The notes beneath the pieces were generated by a model. The model made no database searches, had not been told where the DNA came from, and worked only from the letters and a program-made list of their open reading frames with translations. A stretch of 64,000 nucleotides of DNA from Eledone cirrhosa. Lineage: Eukaryota. The first letter of the stretch is position 1; each line of letters begins with the position of its first letter. The stretch is from contig OZ024747.1 of the NCBI GenBank assembly GCA_964016885.1, positions 17,918,001 to 17,982,000 on the forward strand. The letters are read 5' to 3'. The translations under genes were made by a program, and so were the position numbers. Shown here one piece after another: positions 28,170-41,644 of this stretch.

Positions 28170-31100
28170 TAGTAGAAAACCGACCGTCAATACGGAGTTT
28201 GAGGAAATACGGCAAATGATTTCCGCTTTAAGTCAAGAAATAGCGGAAATAAAATCAAGCGTTCGTGTAGAACCCCACAATGAGGGATCTTACCAGAGTG
28301 CCTTGTTAAAAAATCTCCGCGTACCTCATGTTGAACCTAGACGCATTGAGAATGCCACTGAATCTGCAAACCACGAAGTTGATTGCCATTGGTGTGCCGG
28401 AAGACATAGTTGATCTTCAGGCATTTGCTGCCAGTTCATCCAAAGACCTGGGCTGTGCTCCCGCAAAGGGTGCTCTATGCCTTGGCCGACCAGGCCCGAA
28501 ACCCAAGTTAATTAGACTGTCGTTTTCAAACTCAACTGAGGCACGTTCATACCTTGTAGCCTCTGATAAAGCTAGGCGTGAAAGTCGGATTGCTTTCCGA
28601 ACACGTCCTGGTCTTCCACCTGATGTCCGCCCAAAGTTGCGTGCTGCAGCTTCCCTAAACCGCAGCTCGGCAGAACATGAAAGCTTCAGCCTACGAGATG
28701 ATGGGCAGATATGGAAGTTTGTTAAGGCTGGCGAATCATGGAAAAGAGACACCAGCTGGTCTGAAAACACTGTACCCACAACAACTGACAATAAAGAAAC
28801 TGAAAAAACTCTGGGAAACTAAATCAGAACAACTTGCCATCCCCTGCACATAATCATAGACTGGAATCAAAGTACAAACTGTTGTCCTTGAATGCACGTA
28901 GTCTATGCAATAAGATTCATCTTTTTGACTCCTACGTCAAAAGTATCAACCCGGACTTCATTACAGTCACGGAAACTTGGGCACATCCCTTACTCTGTGA
29001 TGGGGTTTTCAGCATGACTGGCTACAACCTGTTTCGTAAAGACCGTATTAATCGTCGTGGTGGTGGTGTAATGGTCTACGTTCGGTCAAATCTGTCGGCA
29101 ATTCCTTGTGCTGATTTGAACCAATCACAGCAGGAAGTTTTTTTCTGCGATATACGTATGACCATGTCAACACTGCTACTTGGAGTCGTTTACCGTCCCC
29201 CAAATTACCATCAGGACACTCAACTTTGTGATATCCTCAGAGCTGCTGCCAGGAAGACAGCCACTTATGTTTTCATTGCAGGTGACTTCAATCACCCTGA
29301 GATTGACTGGGAGACCTTTCGTTGGCCGCCAAGTGCAAATGACTTCCTTGAGCTGGTGCTGGACTCGAGTTGGTCCCAGGTGGTCACCTCCCCAACGAGA
29401 GGTGACAACACTTTGGACCTACTCTTCACCACAACTCCTGAAACGGTCATTAGTGTTACTGCTGAGGAACCTTTAGGTGACTCTGATCATGCTATGATCA
29501 TTGCCAATCTATCCCTCATGGGCAGTAACAAGAACCACAACCATCTCCAAACTGCTCACTTTGACTGGAATAAAGCAGACTGGAACTGTTACTGCACCGA
29601 GTTGCAACGGCCAAACTGGCTTGAGTTCTATGACTCTGGAGATGTCAACACTGTACTCCAGAACATCCTGAGCTCAATATGGACAGCATGTGCAGCATCG
29701 GTGCCACGTAAGCGGAAAAAACATCCCAAAAGCGCAATTTGGGAGACTGCAGCAGTCCGTCTTGCCAGAAAAGAACGGCGCAATGCTGAACGTGAGTACA
29801 AACTTCACAAATCAGACATTAATAGGAAGAGGCGAAATAGATCGTCCAACCACCTCAAACAGGTGACAAAAAAGGCAGTGCTTCAATTTGAGCAGCGCAT
29901 AGCAGCCAGCCCTGACAGTAAGATGTTCTGGAAGTATGTTCACTCAAAGCAGAGGCCTCACTCTCCAGTTGGTCCTCTTCGCAATCCCCACACAAGCCAG
30001 GTTACTGACGACCCCAAGGAATGCACAGAGCTCATTGCTGAATGCTATGCAGGCATTTTCACCATTGAAGACCAGAGTGTACCATCTCCACCACCTATGA
30101 CACCGGACTCTATTACAACCATGGAATTTACACCTGCAATGCTGCGACGTCACCTAAAAAATAAACGCAACCATGCCTCTCCTGGTCTTGATGGTGTTAC
30201 GTACCTGCTTCTTAAACGTGGTGGGTACTTCCTTCTACACCAGTTATCACGCTTCTTCCAATTCTGTCTGAACAACAGTGCTACTCCAGAACAGTGGAAA
30301 ACTGCCAGTGTCATTCCTCTGTTCAAAAAGGGTGACCGCAATGCACCTGTGAACTATCGTCCAGTCAGTCTTACTAGTTGCATCGCCAAACTGATGGAAT
30401 CCTGTGTCAGAGAAACACTTTGGAACTTCTGGAGCTCTCACAGTCTTATCCGGCCCTCGCAATTTGGATTTATCCCCAACTCCAGCTGCTGTGATCAACT
30501 TATAGAGTTTCTTGAGGACATCACCCGGATCACTGATGGCGGTTCATGGGTGGATGTTGTTTACCTTGACTTTGCGAAGGCCTTCAATTCTGTGCCACAC
30601 AAAAGGCTTATGGCAAAACTCTCTGTAATGGGTGTGAAGGATGATCTTTTTAACTGGTTGAAGTCCTTCATTCTCAGTCGAAGAGAGGTAGTCACGGTTC
30701 TGGGACAGCATTCCTCACCATATGAGATGTCATCTGGTGTACCTCAGGGATCTGTTCTTGGCCCCCTTTTGTTTGTGGCATATATTAATGACATAGATGC
30801 CAACTTAAGGAATGCCATAGTACTAAAGTACGCAGACGACATCAAGCTGTACCTTGAGATAAAAAGGACAGATCCTGAACACTATAGATCTTGCTTGCAG
30901 TCTGACCTGGACACAATGCAACAGTGGATCTCAGACTGGCAACTCAAGCTAGCTGTGGACAAGTGCACCACCATGCATTTTGGGAGTAAAAACCCAGCGT
31001 CCACATACTCCCTCCACAGCACTAATATCAAGAAGTCTTCCTGTGAACGTGACCTGGGCATTACGGTCAGCAGCGATTTGCGTTGGACGAGGCACGTCTC

Positions 31101-31750
31101 TAAAATTGTCAAGAGGGCCGAGGGTGTCTTAGCATCACTCAGCAAGACCTTTGTCAGCCGCTCTCCAGATATCTATTTAAGGCTGTATACAGCTATGGTG
31201 CGACCACACTTAGAATTTGCATCACCAGTCTGGAACCCCTATCTTGCTCAGGACATTGACCGCCTGGAAACTGTTCAGAGACGTGCAACCAAGCAAATAC
31301 CCTCCATCAGGCATCTACCATACTCTGAGCGCCTTGCTTCCCTGGGCATGGATTCATTGAAGCTCCGACGCCTGGCAACTGACTTGGTAAACACCCACAA
31401 AATTGTTAACCATGTTGCCAACAACAACCCTGAGTACCTTTTCGATTTCCATGAGTCTAACACACGTGGACATGCCCACAAAGTAAGAAAACAGCACAGT
31501 TCCCATGACTTTCGGAAACATTTTTTCACGCTCAGAGTTGCTGAAGCATGGAACAAACTACCTGCATCGGTTGTTAGCTGTTGAGACACTGCATCCTTTA
31601 AGGCCTCCATGCTTTCCGAGATCCGCCAACAGAACAGCTAACACATACACACATGTACTTCCCTGACATTTGTGTATTATTCTATGTACTATATTGACGA
31701 GTTGTAGTGCACCTGAGCACTTTACACAATAATTTCATTATTATTATTTT
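28170..31750 (+). mobile_element. Near full-length CR1-clade non-LTR retrotransposon (frameshifted, apparently 5'-truncated ORF1; ORF2; 3' UTR with (ATT)n tail)
   Basis: ORF1 remnant: coiled coil EIRQMISALSQEIAEIKSS, then KLIAIGVPE...LGRPGPKPKLIRLSF in another frame, ending at 28822; ORF2 follows; tail ttcattattattatt near 31736-31750; boundaries approximate. Confidence 0.88.
28834..31584 (+). CDS. CR1-clade LINE ORF2: APE endonuclease + reverse transcriptase
   Basis: 916-aa open frame; EN motifs LNARSL, VTETW, YRPP, GDFN, LDL, SDH; RT motifs PQGSVLGP, YADD; CR1-type C-terminus TRGH...FF..RV...WN.LP. Confidence 0.93.
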   Translation: MPSPAHNHRLESKYKLLSLNARSLCNKIHLFDSYVKSINPDFITVTETWAHPLLCDGVFSMTGYNLFRKDRINRRGGGVMVYVRSNLSAIPCADLNQSQQEVFFCDIRMTMSTLLLGVVYRPPNYHQDTQLCDILRAAARKTATYVFIAGDFNHPEIDWETFRWPPSANDFLELVLDSSWSQVVTSPTRGDNTLDLLFTTTPETVISVTAEEPLGDSDHAMIIANLSLMGSNKNHNHLQTAHFDWNKADWNCYCTELQRPNWLEFYDSGDVNTVLQNILSSIWTACAASVPRKRKKHPKSAIWETAAVRLARKERRNAEREYKLHKSDINRKRRNRSSNHLKQVTKKAVLQFEQRIAASPDSKMFWKYVHSKQRPHSPVGPLRNPHTSQVTDDPKECTELIAECYAGIFTIEDQSVPSPPPMTPDSITTMEFTPAMLRRHLKNKRNHASPGLDGVTYLLLKRGGYFLLHQLSRFFQFCLNNSATPEQWKTASVIPLFKKGDRNAPVNYRPVSLTSCIAKLMESCVRETLWNFWSSHSLIRPSQFGFIPNSSCCDQLIEFLEDITRITDGGSWVDVVYLDFAKAFNSVPHKRLMAKLSVMGVKDDLFNWLKSFILSRREVVTVLGQHSSPYEMSSGVPQGSVLGPLLFVAYINDIDANLRNAIVLKYADDIKLYLEIKRTDPEHYRSCLQSDLDTMQQWISDWQLKLAVDKCTTMHFGSKNPASTYSLHSTNIKKSSCERDLGITVSSDLRWTRHVSKIVKRAEGVLASLSKTFVSRSPDIYLRLYTAMVRPHLEFASPVWNPYLAQDIDRLETVQRRATKQIPSIRHLPYSERLASLGMDSLKLRRLATDLVNTHKIVNHVANNNPEYLFDFHESNTRGHAHKVRKQHSSHDFRKHFFTLRVAEAWNKLPASVVSC

Positions 31751-32139
31751 TTAAAAGGATAAATTGACCCAGACAGTGTAGGACAATCTACATCATCATC
31801 ATTCTCAGAGTTGGGGACTATGTATGATTGAAAATTAGGCAAGCTCCTTCATCACAAGACACTTTCTTCATGGACTGTCATATCAGTCACTTTGCTAGTC
31901 ATACCAAGTTGAACTTAATCATAAAACAGGCCTAGCCTCCAGGCCCAATTTTGGAGCCAGTTAGGTTGCTCAGAGTTAATGAGAAGAGGCCCAATAGACT
32001 TCCTCTCTCACCTTCTCTTGAAGACATCATGTCCAGACCTGGAGAGGGATGGGCTCTGCCAGTTTTAAAATATTCAAGATATGCTGCATGTCACAATGGC
32101 ACTCATACATTACGATCAGGAGTTAAGAGATAATACATC

Positions 32140-34292
32140 ATCATCATCATCATCATCATTATCTTTGTTTAACGTCCATCTTCCACGCAAGCATGGGTTA
32201 GACGGGAGTTGTCCCACTTGAGGCAAGGCTGGTCGGTTGACCGTGTCTCGCTCATATAGGACTATCTGGCAGGTTTTCTACGGCTGGATGCCCTTCCTAA
32301 CACCAACCACATTTACAGTGTGGAACTGGGAACTTTTTACCATGTTACCTACATGGCCACATTACAGCGTGGACTGTGTGTTATTTTGTTATGACACCTA
32401 CACGATCTCAATCTCATTTTCTCGTACTGTTGGTGAGAGTGGGAGGATAGGGTAGAGGTAGTGGATTGGGGTGTATATTTGGTTAAGAGGTGCCTACTGA
32501 CTGTAGGTTTCGCTTTGTACATAGGCAAGGCGGGTCTTCTGTATTACAATGTAGCGCCAAAGATCTCGGTCCAGAGACATTGTCTTAGAGAGATGTGTGT
32601 GAGGTCGGAATTTATCAGATCATCCCAGGTTTTTCTGGGTCTACCTACTCCGTAACTACCATCAATTTTGATCGCCCTGCACTTTTTTATGCAGCTGTCG
32701 TCTTTCATGCGCATCACGTGACCATACCAACGTAGTCTTCTCTCAAGTAAACAGCATCTGATCCCTCTTATTCCTAATTTCTCACTTAGTTCATTTATGC
32801 TTTGCCGTTCACGTATATTACTATTACACATCCAACGGAGCATGCATGCTTCGTTCCTTTCCAGTCTACGCAGGTCCTCTGCACGTAATGCCCATGTCTC
32901 ACTGCCATGTAGCATTGTTGTTCGTATACCAGCATCATACAATCTGCCTTTCATTTTTAGAGAGAAACCTTTTGTGGCCAACAGCGGTATAAGCTCTCTG
33001 AACTTTTTCCTTCCCGTTCTGACTCTGGCTCTGTACTTTCAGAACACCCTCCACCACTGCTGATTTCGTCACCCAAGTAACAGAAAGTGTCTACTATTTC
33101 TATAGAACCATCTGGACACTTGCTACTTATTGCACCTGAGCATTGGCCACATATAAAGTCTACGTTCTTAGATAGTTTACCTGTGATCCCACTACATCTT
33201 TTATGTACCCATACTTTGCATTTGGAACATAAAATGGAATTTCTGCCTACTCCTTTCCTACACACTGAGCATGGCCATTTCCCTTTCTACAAACTAGAAC
33301 TTTAGTCTTAGACAAGTTAACTTTAAGGCCTTTTGATTCTAGGCCATGCTTCCATGTTTCGAATTTCTTCTCTAGTTCAGCCATTGATTCAGCTATGAGC
33401 ATTAGATCATCTGCATATAGGAGTTCCCATGGGCAGCCGGTCTTGAACTCCTCTGTTATAGCCTGAAAGGCAATAATAAATAAGAGGGGGCTAAGGACAG
33501 AGCCTTGATGAATGCCAACTTTTACACTAGATTCTTCACAATATTCATTGTTAATTCTAATGTTACTGACTGTTTCATTATACATAGCTTGTATAGCTCT
33601 CACAAGCCATTCATCTACACCTAGTTTTCTAAGAGCCCACCAGATAATGGAGCGGGGAACTCTGTCAAAAGCTTTCTCCAGGTCTACAAAAGCTAAGTAT
33701 AGGAGTCTACTTTTAGCTAGGTACTTCTCTTGTAGTTGTCGTACAAGGAAAAGAGCGTCTGTGGTACTTTTACCTGACACAAACCCAAACTGCATTTCAT
33801 CTATATCAATTCGCTCTCTGATTAGTTGCACTATAACTCTTTCTGTGACCTTCATGACCTGGTCAACTAACTTAATGCCTCTATAGTTTCCCCTATCTAG
33901 AGCATCCCCTTTACCCTTGTAGCAGTTCATGATGATGTTGCTACGCCAGTCTTTCGGTATGACCCCATTCTGTATTACTTGGTTAACTATACGGGTGACC
34001 ATAATGTGTCCCACCATACCAGATGCCTTCAACATCTCAGCAACTATCTCCGAAGGCCCAGCTGCCTTGCCTGTCTTCATATCTTTGATTGCCTTACTTA
34101 TTATACTACCTTTAACTTGCACCGCTGGTCCTTCTATTGGATCGATTTGGGGCAGACCATCTTTTTCCCATTTATTCTCCTCATTTAATAGTCTCTCATA
34201 GTGACACTTCCAGGCTATCTTCTTATCAGTATCAGTGAGCGCAAGCACACCCTTATCATTACGGACACACTTCTCCCCGACAATATCACGGT
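32140..34292 (-). mobile_element. RTE-clade LINE, 5'-truncated, frameshifted RT
   Basis: ORF pieces 33247-34248 (KGD...NYRGIKL, QFGF, AFVDLEKAFDRV, QGSVLSP, YADD), 32957-33265 and 32544-32981 (RLRWYGHVMRM...GRPRKTW); (GAT)n tail. Confidence 0.92.
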
Positions 34293-37200
34293 ACTACATA
34301 TATACATATTCCTTATATAAATCATATAGTAAATTTCTTGTATTTTTTATATAATTTGAACTCAGAACAGAGAGCTGGACTAGATACTGCAAGGCATCTC
34401 ATCAATTCAGCATATCCACTACTCTACATTGATATTTTATTTATCAACTCCAAAAAGGATGGAAAGCAAAGTTGAGCTCAAAAGGATTTAAACTCAAAAC
34501 ACACATTATAAGACTGCTTGAACAGAGCTGACCTGGGAAGAGTTAGAAATGGGTTTTAAGAACTAGGGGTACAGTAAGATTTATGCAGCTGTTAGGAAGG
34601 GAAAGGTAGATGCTATAAACCCTACTCCCTTACACAAAGTAAAAGGTTAGGGAGTACCATACTCCTGTGTACCCTCCAATTTCCATCACTTGACCTGAGG
34701 CTAAACAACAGTAGCTAAATATATTTGTTTGGTTTAGTCCTTTGTAGTATCTTAGTGACGTGACCTTTAATACATTATCTTATACCAGATAATTAATTAG
34801 CACATTATGAGAATCAATGATATTTTTAATGAGAACATTTTAAAATGATATCTGTTTTACCTCAGGGAGTGTCAGATTCAATATTAAGCTAAACAAACTA
34901 GTTTAAGGGCTTCAAATCACAGCCAGTACAGTCAGTATGTTCAATGTATTCTTCCTTTTAAAAGACAGTATGAGGGTGTGATTACAGGGAGTTTGATAGT
35001 TATTTCCAGCAGAACAAACAACCATGTAGAGGTTCCCTCATTAGCCTACAGGTTTTTAGTATTGCTGCTGCTTCTTGTAAGCTAATGGCCTGCAGTAATA
35101 AAATATACTGTAGTGTGGTACAGCTTGATGTAGTGTGATGTGGTCTGAAGTGGTATTGCGTAATGTTGTGTAGTGGTCTGATGCAGTTGTGTGGTGTAGT
35201 GTAGTGTGATGAGGGGGAATGCTGTCTGTTGTGGTGGTGGTGATGGTGGTGTTGGGCTGTCTGGTGTGCATTAGTGTGCTGAGGTGCTGACTGATGTAGT
35301 GTGATGCAGCATGGTGTGGTGTGATGTGGTGAAGTGTAGTGTGATGAGGTAGTGTTGTAGAGTCATACAATATGATACAGTGTAGTGCAGTCTTTTGCAG
35401 TGATATATGGTGCAGCATGGTATAGTATGATGAGGTACAGTGTGTTGTAGACTGATACAATATGATGTAGTGTAGTCTTTTGCAGTGATATAGTATGGTG
35501 CAGTGTGGTGTGATGTGGTGTAGTTTGATGCAGTGCAGTGCAGGATGGTATGTCTTGTTTTTTTTCAATGAAAAGGCTAAATAAAACATTATTGATTATA
35601 CAGATTACAATTATCTGTTGCTAAATACACAAGTGGTACATTATTCATTTCTACAGAAGATTCTCCTGGCCTGTTGGTCTGTTAGTCTGGTGTCTGTTTT
35701 AGCTGTTTTAATATTTAACAAACAAGATACTAATTGAAACTTATCCACAAGGGTAAACTAACATTGCATTCTAAAGAAAATGTAACCATGTCTTGTGGCA
35801 AATAAGACTACAAAGGAATATAAATAGGATGGCAGAATAAAGGGTTTACAAAGTTTGCATTTCATTGTAGTTGTTATCTGACCCCTACAGACATATCAAG
35901 GGAAAGGGGGAAACAGGTTCTAGATGGCACTGCCAACCCCTCATACTTTTTAATGATACACCTTCAGATATAGAAAATAGAGTTTATAAAAAAAAAAAAT
36001 GACCTGAAATAGGTTGCTTGCAAAAGTGTGCCCCCTCAGAATGTTCTGAAGCCTTTCACCTTGCCCTCAAGCAGTAAAGCCTGATGATGGGTCTGGACCC
36101 CTAGGTCATCTCTGCTGGATGATGACCCCTCATAATCAGTCATTCCAGCTGTGACTATCAATCTTATTTTCTCCCAGAGACATATTTTACTTTTGTTTTG
36201 TTTTTCTCTTTTTTTTGGAAGTGTGTAATTTGAGGGTTAGCTGCTATTCATATGATGGAAGGTTTTTAGATAAATATAAACAATTTTGTATCAGCAACAG
36301 TTTTTGGCAGTTTGGTTTGGTAATTTGGTAACAAAAGGGTTAAAACACTTGTTCTTGTGTATTTTAACAGTCATAACATCCTGTCCTAAATAAATGAGGT
36401 CGTGTAGGTGTCACGACAAAAAAAAAAACACAGTCGACGCTGTAATGTGGCCATGTAGGTAACACGGTAAAACCCTCCCAGTCCACACTGTAAACTTGGT
36501 TGGTGTTAGGAAGGGCATCCAGCCGTAGAAAACCCGCCAGACAGTCCTGAGCAAGACAACCAATCTTGCCTCAAGTGGGACAATTCCCATCCAGACCCAT
36601 GCTAGCGTGGAAGATGGACGTTAAACGATGATGATGATAAATAAGTTCCTGCAACTGGTGCAGCCAGAATTGAAGGTGCCAGTCACTCTTAGATGTTTTT
36701 GGAGTCAGCAGTTGCTACTAGTTTCTATACTACATCATGTGAAGAAGGGCTGCAGAAATGTGACCAATCCAATCTTGATGTCAGACAAGAATTTTCTTTG
36801 TCTGCCTCTTCACCCTTCCACAACTGTGCCTTAAAATATGGTTTTGGACAGGGAGTCATGCCAGGATTTGTCACCATACCAAGTAAGCTTCCATCTTTTT
36901 ACTATTGCAAGTTGTGGCTCCTGTCTGCCATCATATTTGTTGGTTTGCTGCTAAACAAAGCTCTTTTGTGTACAGGCTGCGTAGCAGCCTTCTGAGGCAC
37001 TTGTGCTTGAATGCCTGGATTCTTCATTCCATATTGGCTGTAAGATCCAGCTCTCACACCCACCAAGAAGGGTCAAAGTCACCAGGAACTTATACAATTT
37101 GAGCCTCATTAGAAAACTAATAGAGTTGCTTGTCCATATGATGTTCAGATTTTAACAAGGAAATTGAAATAATAGATACAAAAAAAGAAAAACAACAGAG

Positions 37201-37423
37201 AAAGAGTTGACAGTTCCCCAAATCATGACAGGATTTAACAAAAAGAGTCATTTTATTTTCAGTAGCAACCAAAATAAATACACAGCCATACCAAGAGTTA
37301 TTCATAAACCGAGTACCAAGTATCACTACTTAACTGCATTTGCACCTGCAATCATGCATCAAACTTACACACGTATAAATATTCATTTATATTTTACACA
37401 CACACATATATATATATGATGTA

Positions 37424-37467
<44 letters not shown>

Positions 37468-37513
37468 TGTACTTACACATATATATACATGTGTGTAGAT
37501 ATGTGTGTGTGTG

Positions 37514-37552
<39 letters not shown>

Positions 37553-37588
37553 TGTACTTACACACACACACACATATACACATGTGTG

Positions 37589-37627
<39 letters not shown>

Positions 37628-39325
37628 TACTACTAGACTGGAAGTTTTGTGTTGTTTTTTTGTTTGATTTTATTTTATTAGTATATTTATTGTCGGTCCT
37701 TTTTATTATTTTACATTTTTTTAATTTTTTAATTTTTACATCGGTTATTTCTTTTTAAATTAATTTGTTTATACAAGAGATATTATAAGAAAATAGTGTC
37801 CATTCTTTATACAAGGTGGTCATTTACATTGGTGAAGCAGCAAATAGCAATGATAAGGACAATGATAATGATGATGATGATGATAATAATGATGATGATG
37901 ATGATTGTGGTGATGATGATGATGATAAGAAGGGGAGGAGGAAAGTGGAAGAGAACAAAAGAAAAAAAAATGATATACGTCATATTTTTTTTGTTTATAA
38001 GACACACTTTTTTTACCCCAAAATTTGACATCATAATCTGCCTACAACCTTTACACCAAAGGTATGAATATAGTAATAATAATAATTTCTTCTGACTTAG
38101 GCACAAGACCAGTAATTTAAGGGGAAGGCAAAATTGATTAAAATCAATCTTAGTACTTCACCGCTTCATTATTTTATTGATTTCAAAAGGACGAAAAACA
38201 ATATTGACTTTAATAGGATTTGAACTTGTATCATCATGAGTCAAAACAGATACAAGATATTTTTTCCAATACTCAAAAGATTCTACCAATAATGCAGCTC
38301 TTATAATACTTGTTTCTGATTTAGGCACAAGGTAAACAATTTTAAGAGAGGGGAAAGTCGATTATCTTGGTTCCAGTACTTGACTGGTACTTTATTTTAT
38401 TGACCCCCTCAGAAGGATAAAAGCTAACCTTGGTGTGATTTAAAAGTTGACCTTGGTGAGATTTAAACTCAGAATGTAAAGGTCCATAACTAAATGCCAC
38501 AAAGTATTTTGTCTGATACTCTAATAGTTCTCCCAATCCACTATCCATGGTTCCCTAATAATAATGGTTTCTAAATTAAGCACAAGGCCAGCAATTTGAT
38601 GGCAAGGAAAGTCAATTATATAGACCTGGGTACTTGACTGATACTTTATTTTATCAGACTTGAAACGATGACAGGCAAAATTGACCTCGGTGGGATTTGA
38701 ACTAAGAACATAAAGAGCCAGAACAAATACTGCAAAACATTTCATTTGATGCTTTAGTGATTCTGCCAATCCACTAATAATAATAACAATAGCCTTAAAA
38801 GAAATTGAAAGAATAACGAATATATGCTGAATTAAAGATCAAAATTGCGCAAACGGGGTCAATAACACCTAACAACAGCAAGATAATTCCAGTTGTCATC
38901 AGAGCTTTTGGCTTGATACCACTAAAACTAAGGGGGTATCTTAAGGAAATAAACCTTCAATCACAAATTGCTCCTCTACAAAAGACTGCTCTGAAAAGTA
39001 CTGTCTATCTAAGGTCCTTGTTGAAGCCTGACAGGCAGAAGATCCAATAATTATCATATTTACTATGTAATAAAAATAATAACATATACATATGTGTATA
39101 CTATACATAAACCATGTATAAGTATAGCTGTATATCTAAATGTGCATGCATAGCTTAGTTTATTTTAATATCTAATTAATATGAATATTGATATTTTTCT
39201 TCTAAAAAAAAAAAAAACCTGTTTTTTTCAAAATAAAGGTGCGTCTTATAACCAGAAAAGATGGTAATTATGAGGGTGATGGAGATAGTGTGAATGCAAC
39301 TGTTCCTTAATTAAAAATACAGTTG

Positions 39326-39484
39326 TTAGAACGAGGGTGGTATAATTTTGGCAGTTTGGCCACGGCCAAGTGAAGGACGTGACCCAAACCAGGACATTTT
39401 GTATTCAAGAGTATCTCGAATCATCTGCTGCTCATCATGTGTGAATTTCAGAAGAACTGACACTGCTCGAATTAACTGCAGGGC
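39326..39484 (-). CDS. GOLGA1: Golgin subfamily A member 1 (golgin-97), terminal exon, GRIP domain C-half
   Basis: [37 protein letters not shown]...PPSF*; matches the golgin-97 'AVSVLLxF...[10 protein letters not shown]' signature as I recall it. Confidence 0.93.
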   Translation of the reverse strand, partial: ALQLIRAVSVLLKFTHDEQQMIRDTLEYKMSWFGSRPSLGRGQTAKIIPPSF

Positions 39485-40330
39485 CTAAAAGCAAAAACAA
39501 AAACAAAAATTAAAATGCCATAAAAAAATAATACTGAAAGCTTTTAACATCATGATTAGTCATGTCTTTCTTGGTCTTCCGCTTCCTCTACTTCTCTCCA
39601 CGTTCATTTCCATCACTCCTCTCACCCATTCACTTTCATCCTTCCTTTACATGACCCAGCGATCCCATTCTAATTCTCTTCACAGCATTCTTTACTGGCT
39701 CTATTTTCATCATCCTCTGCAACTTACTGTTTGAGCAATACTCCACTCATCCATTGAATCAATCATGAATCATTCCCATAAATCATAACACTTCTCACAC
39801 ATGCAGCATAGACCTTTCCCTTAAATTTCAGTGACACACTACTCAGCACCCACAACTTCCATATACATCTTACTCTACCACCAATGCGTGTTGTGTTGTA
39901 TTTAAATGAGCTGAAATTTATTATATTTTAGCACCGTCATTGTTTTGATGTCTGCTTTTCCAAACTGGCATGTGTGGGACAAGACTTTTTGAGGCTTTTG
40001 GCCCAACTGAAGATATGGCCAGATTCTCATCATGGCTGCCAAAAATTGCATGTGTGTGTGTCCGTGTCTTCACTTTGCATTTGACACCTCTAACAGTGAT
40101 GTTAGTTTATATCCTGCAGAACAACAATTTGATGCACTTTAAGAGAAAAATATCCAGCCACAAAAAACTGCTAAAAAAAGCTATTTCATCCAACCCATGC
40201 TAAACATGCAAAAACAGACATAAAAACAATGATGATGATGATAATGATTTCTAATCTAAGAACAAGCCAGCAATTTTATGGGGAAGAGAAAGGCAATTAT
40301 GTTGACCAAAGTGCTTCATTGGTACTTTAA

Positions 40331-40539
40331 CTCTTTAGCATTTACATTTCTCTATATATACTATTGTATTTTTTGTGGTAAGTGCTTTATCTTACATAAT
40401 TATCTCACACAGTATTGAATCTATGAGATTTTGATATTATTTATTTTGAGAAAAATACCTTAACATCAGTATGAGTGGCCAATTACAGCCGGTTTGAACA
40501 GAACTCTGGCCAGATACACCCGGTTTAAATGCTAAAGAG
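40331..40539. mobile_element. piggyBac-type MITE (same family, opposite orientation)
   Basis: TTAA-ctctttagcattta ... taaatgctaaagag-TTAA; partial third copy near 58520-58608. Confidence 0.82.
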
Positions 40540-40728
40540 TTAAGGATGCAAAGCAAAGTTGATCTCAGTGAGATTTGAACTCAGAACAAAGAGCAGAACA
40601 AAAGACTCCAAAGGAATTTTGTCCACTGTTCTACCAATTCTGTCAATCCACTGCCCTAGTGATGATAATAATATGAAGAACATTATGGAAAATAGAACAA
40701 AAGAGATAAAAAATGAAATAAGTCTAAC

Positions 40729-41082
40729 TTCATTCTCTCTGCTCAGCATAAACTTCAAAACAACATGTTTCAAATAAAGGAAGTTGACGTCTTTCTCATC
40801 GGCTTTAACTCGGAATGAATCGGACACATGGACTGGAAGAGCGGAATGAGAGCGCATAGGGTTCAATTCAAGGCTTTTGGCATAAGCCTCATGAGGCAGC
40901 TTATTAAGGCTAGTGGGTATATTTATAGACTGTTCAATGTTGTTTTTCCTCTTGAGAGGAGGTGTCTGAGATAGTTCTCGATTGTCTGGAGGTAGACTGT
41001 CATTTGGAAGCGCTTGAACTTTCAATTCTTTCTGTAGAGTTTTTCGTAAGTCTATTAATTTTTGCTGTTGGCTCTTCAGCGT
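40729..41082 (-). CDS. GOLGA1: GOLGA1 exon, GRIP domain N-half
   Basis: tgcag|TLKSQQQKLIDLRKTLQKELKVQ...DVNFLYLKHVVLKFMLSRENE|gttag; 354 nt, phase 0-0. Confidence 0.93.
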
Positions 41083-41644
41083 CTGCAAAAAATAATAATT
41101 TAATATAGATATAGAATATATATACATATTTTTTTTAAAAAACAGCAAATGGTTACTAAGAAAACAAATTCAAATGCTATACCATAGTCTAATGTCTATA
41201 GAACTACCATATGGTTGCTAACCTTCTAGAAATAACAGCCAAATCTCCTTCACACTATTTTAAAAAAGGGCCGTAACTCTGTGTAGGTGAGCCTACAAGA
41301 ATAAGAACATGCTTTTAGATATTTCATTTTGCCTTGGTTCTGAAGGATACAGCCTACTATAATAAATGCAGAAAAAAGTAAGGACATCCAGCTACAGAAA
41401 ACTTGCCAAACAAAGGGTCAGGAAGACTCTTCAGCTGTCAAAAACATGACAACTTCCCTAGTGTTGATGCCATGATAAAATGCATTTGGTAGAACATGGC
41501 ACCGTATGTCAGGCTTTTGGCCCAACTGAAGATCAGATATTCTGCTTGAGTAATGATCAGTCTGTGATAACAAGTTCAACCCTTGCCAGCAAGGAAAACA
41601 GATGTTAAACAATGATGATGATGAACAACAACAACAAATCTTAC

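Noticed and set aside
36080-36135. CTGATGA followed by a gggtc/gaccc hairpin
   Set aside because: No GAAA or stem III follows.
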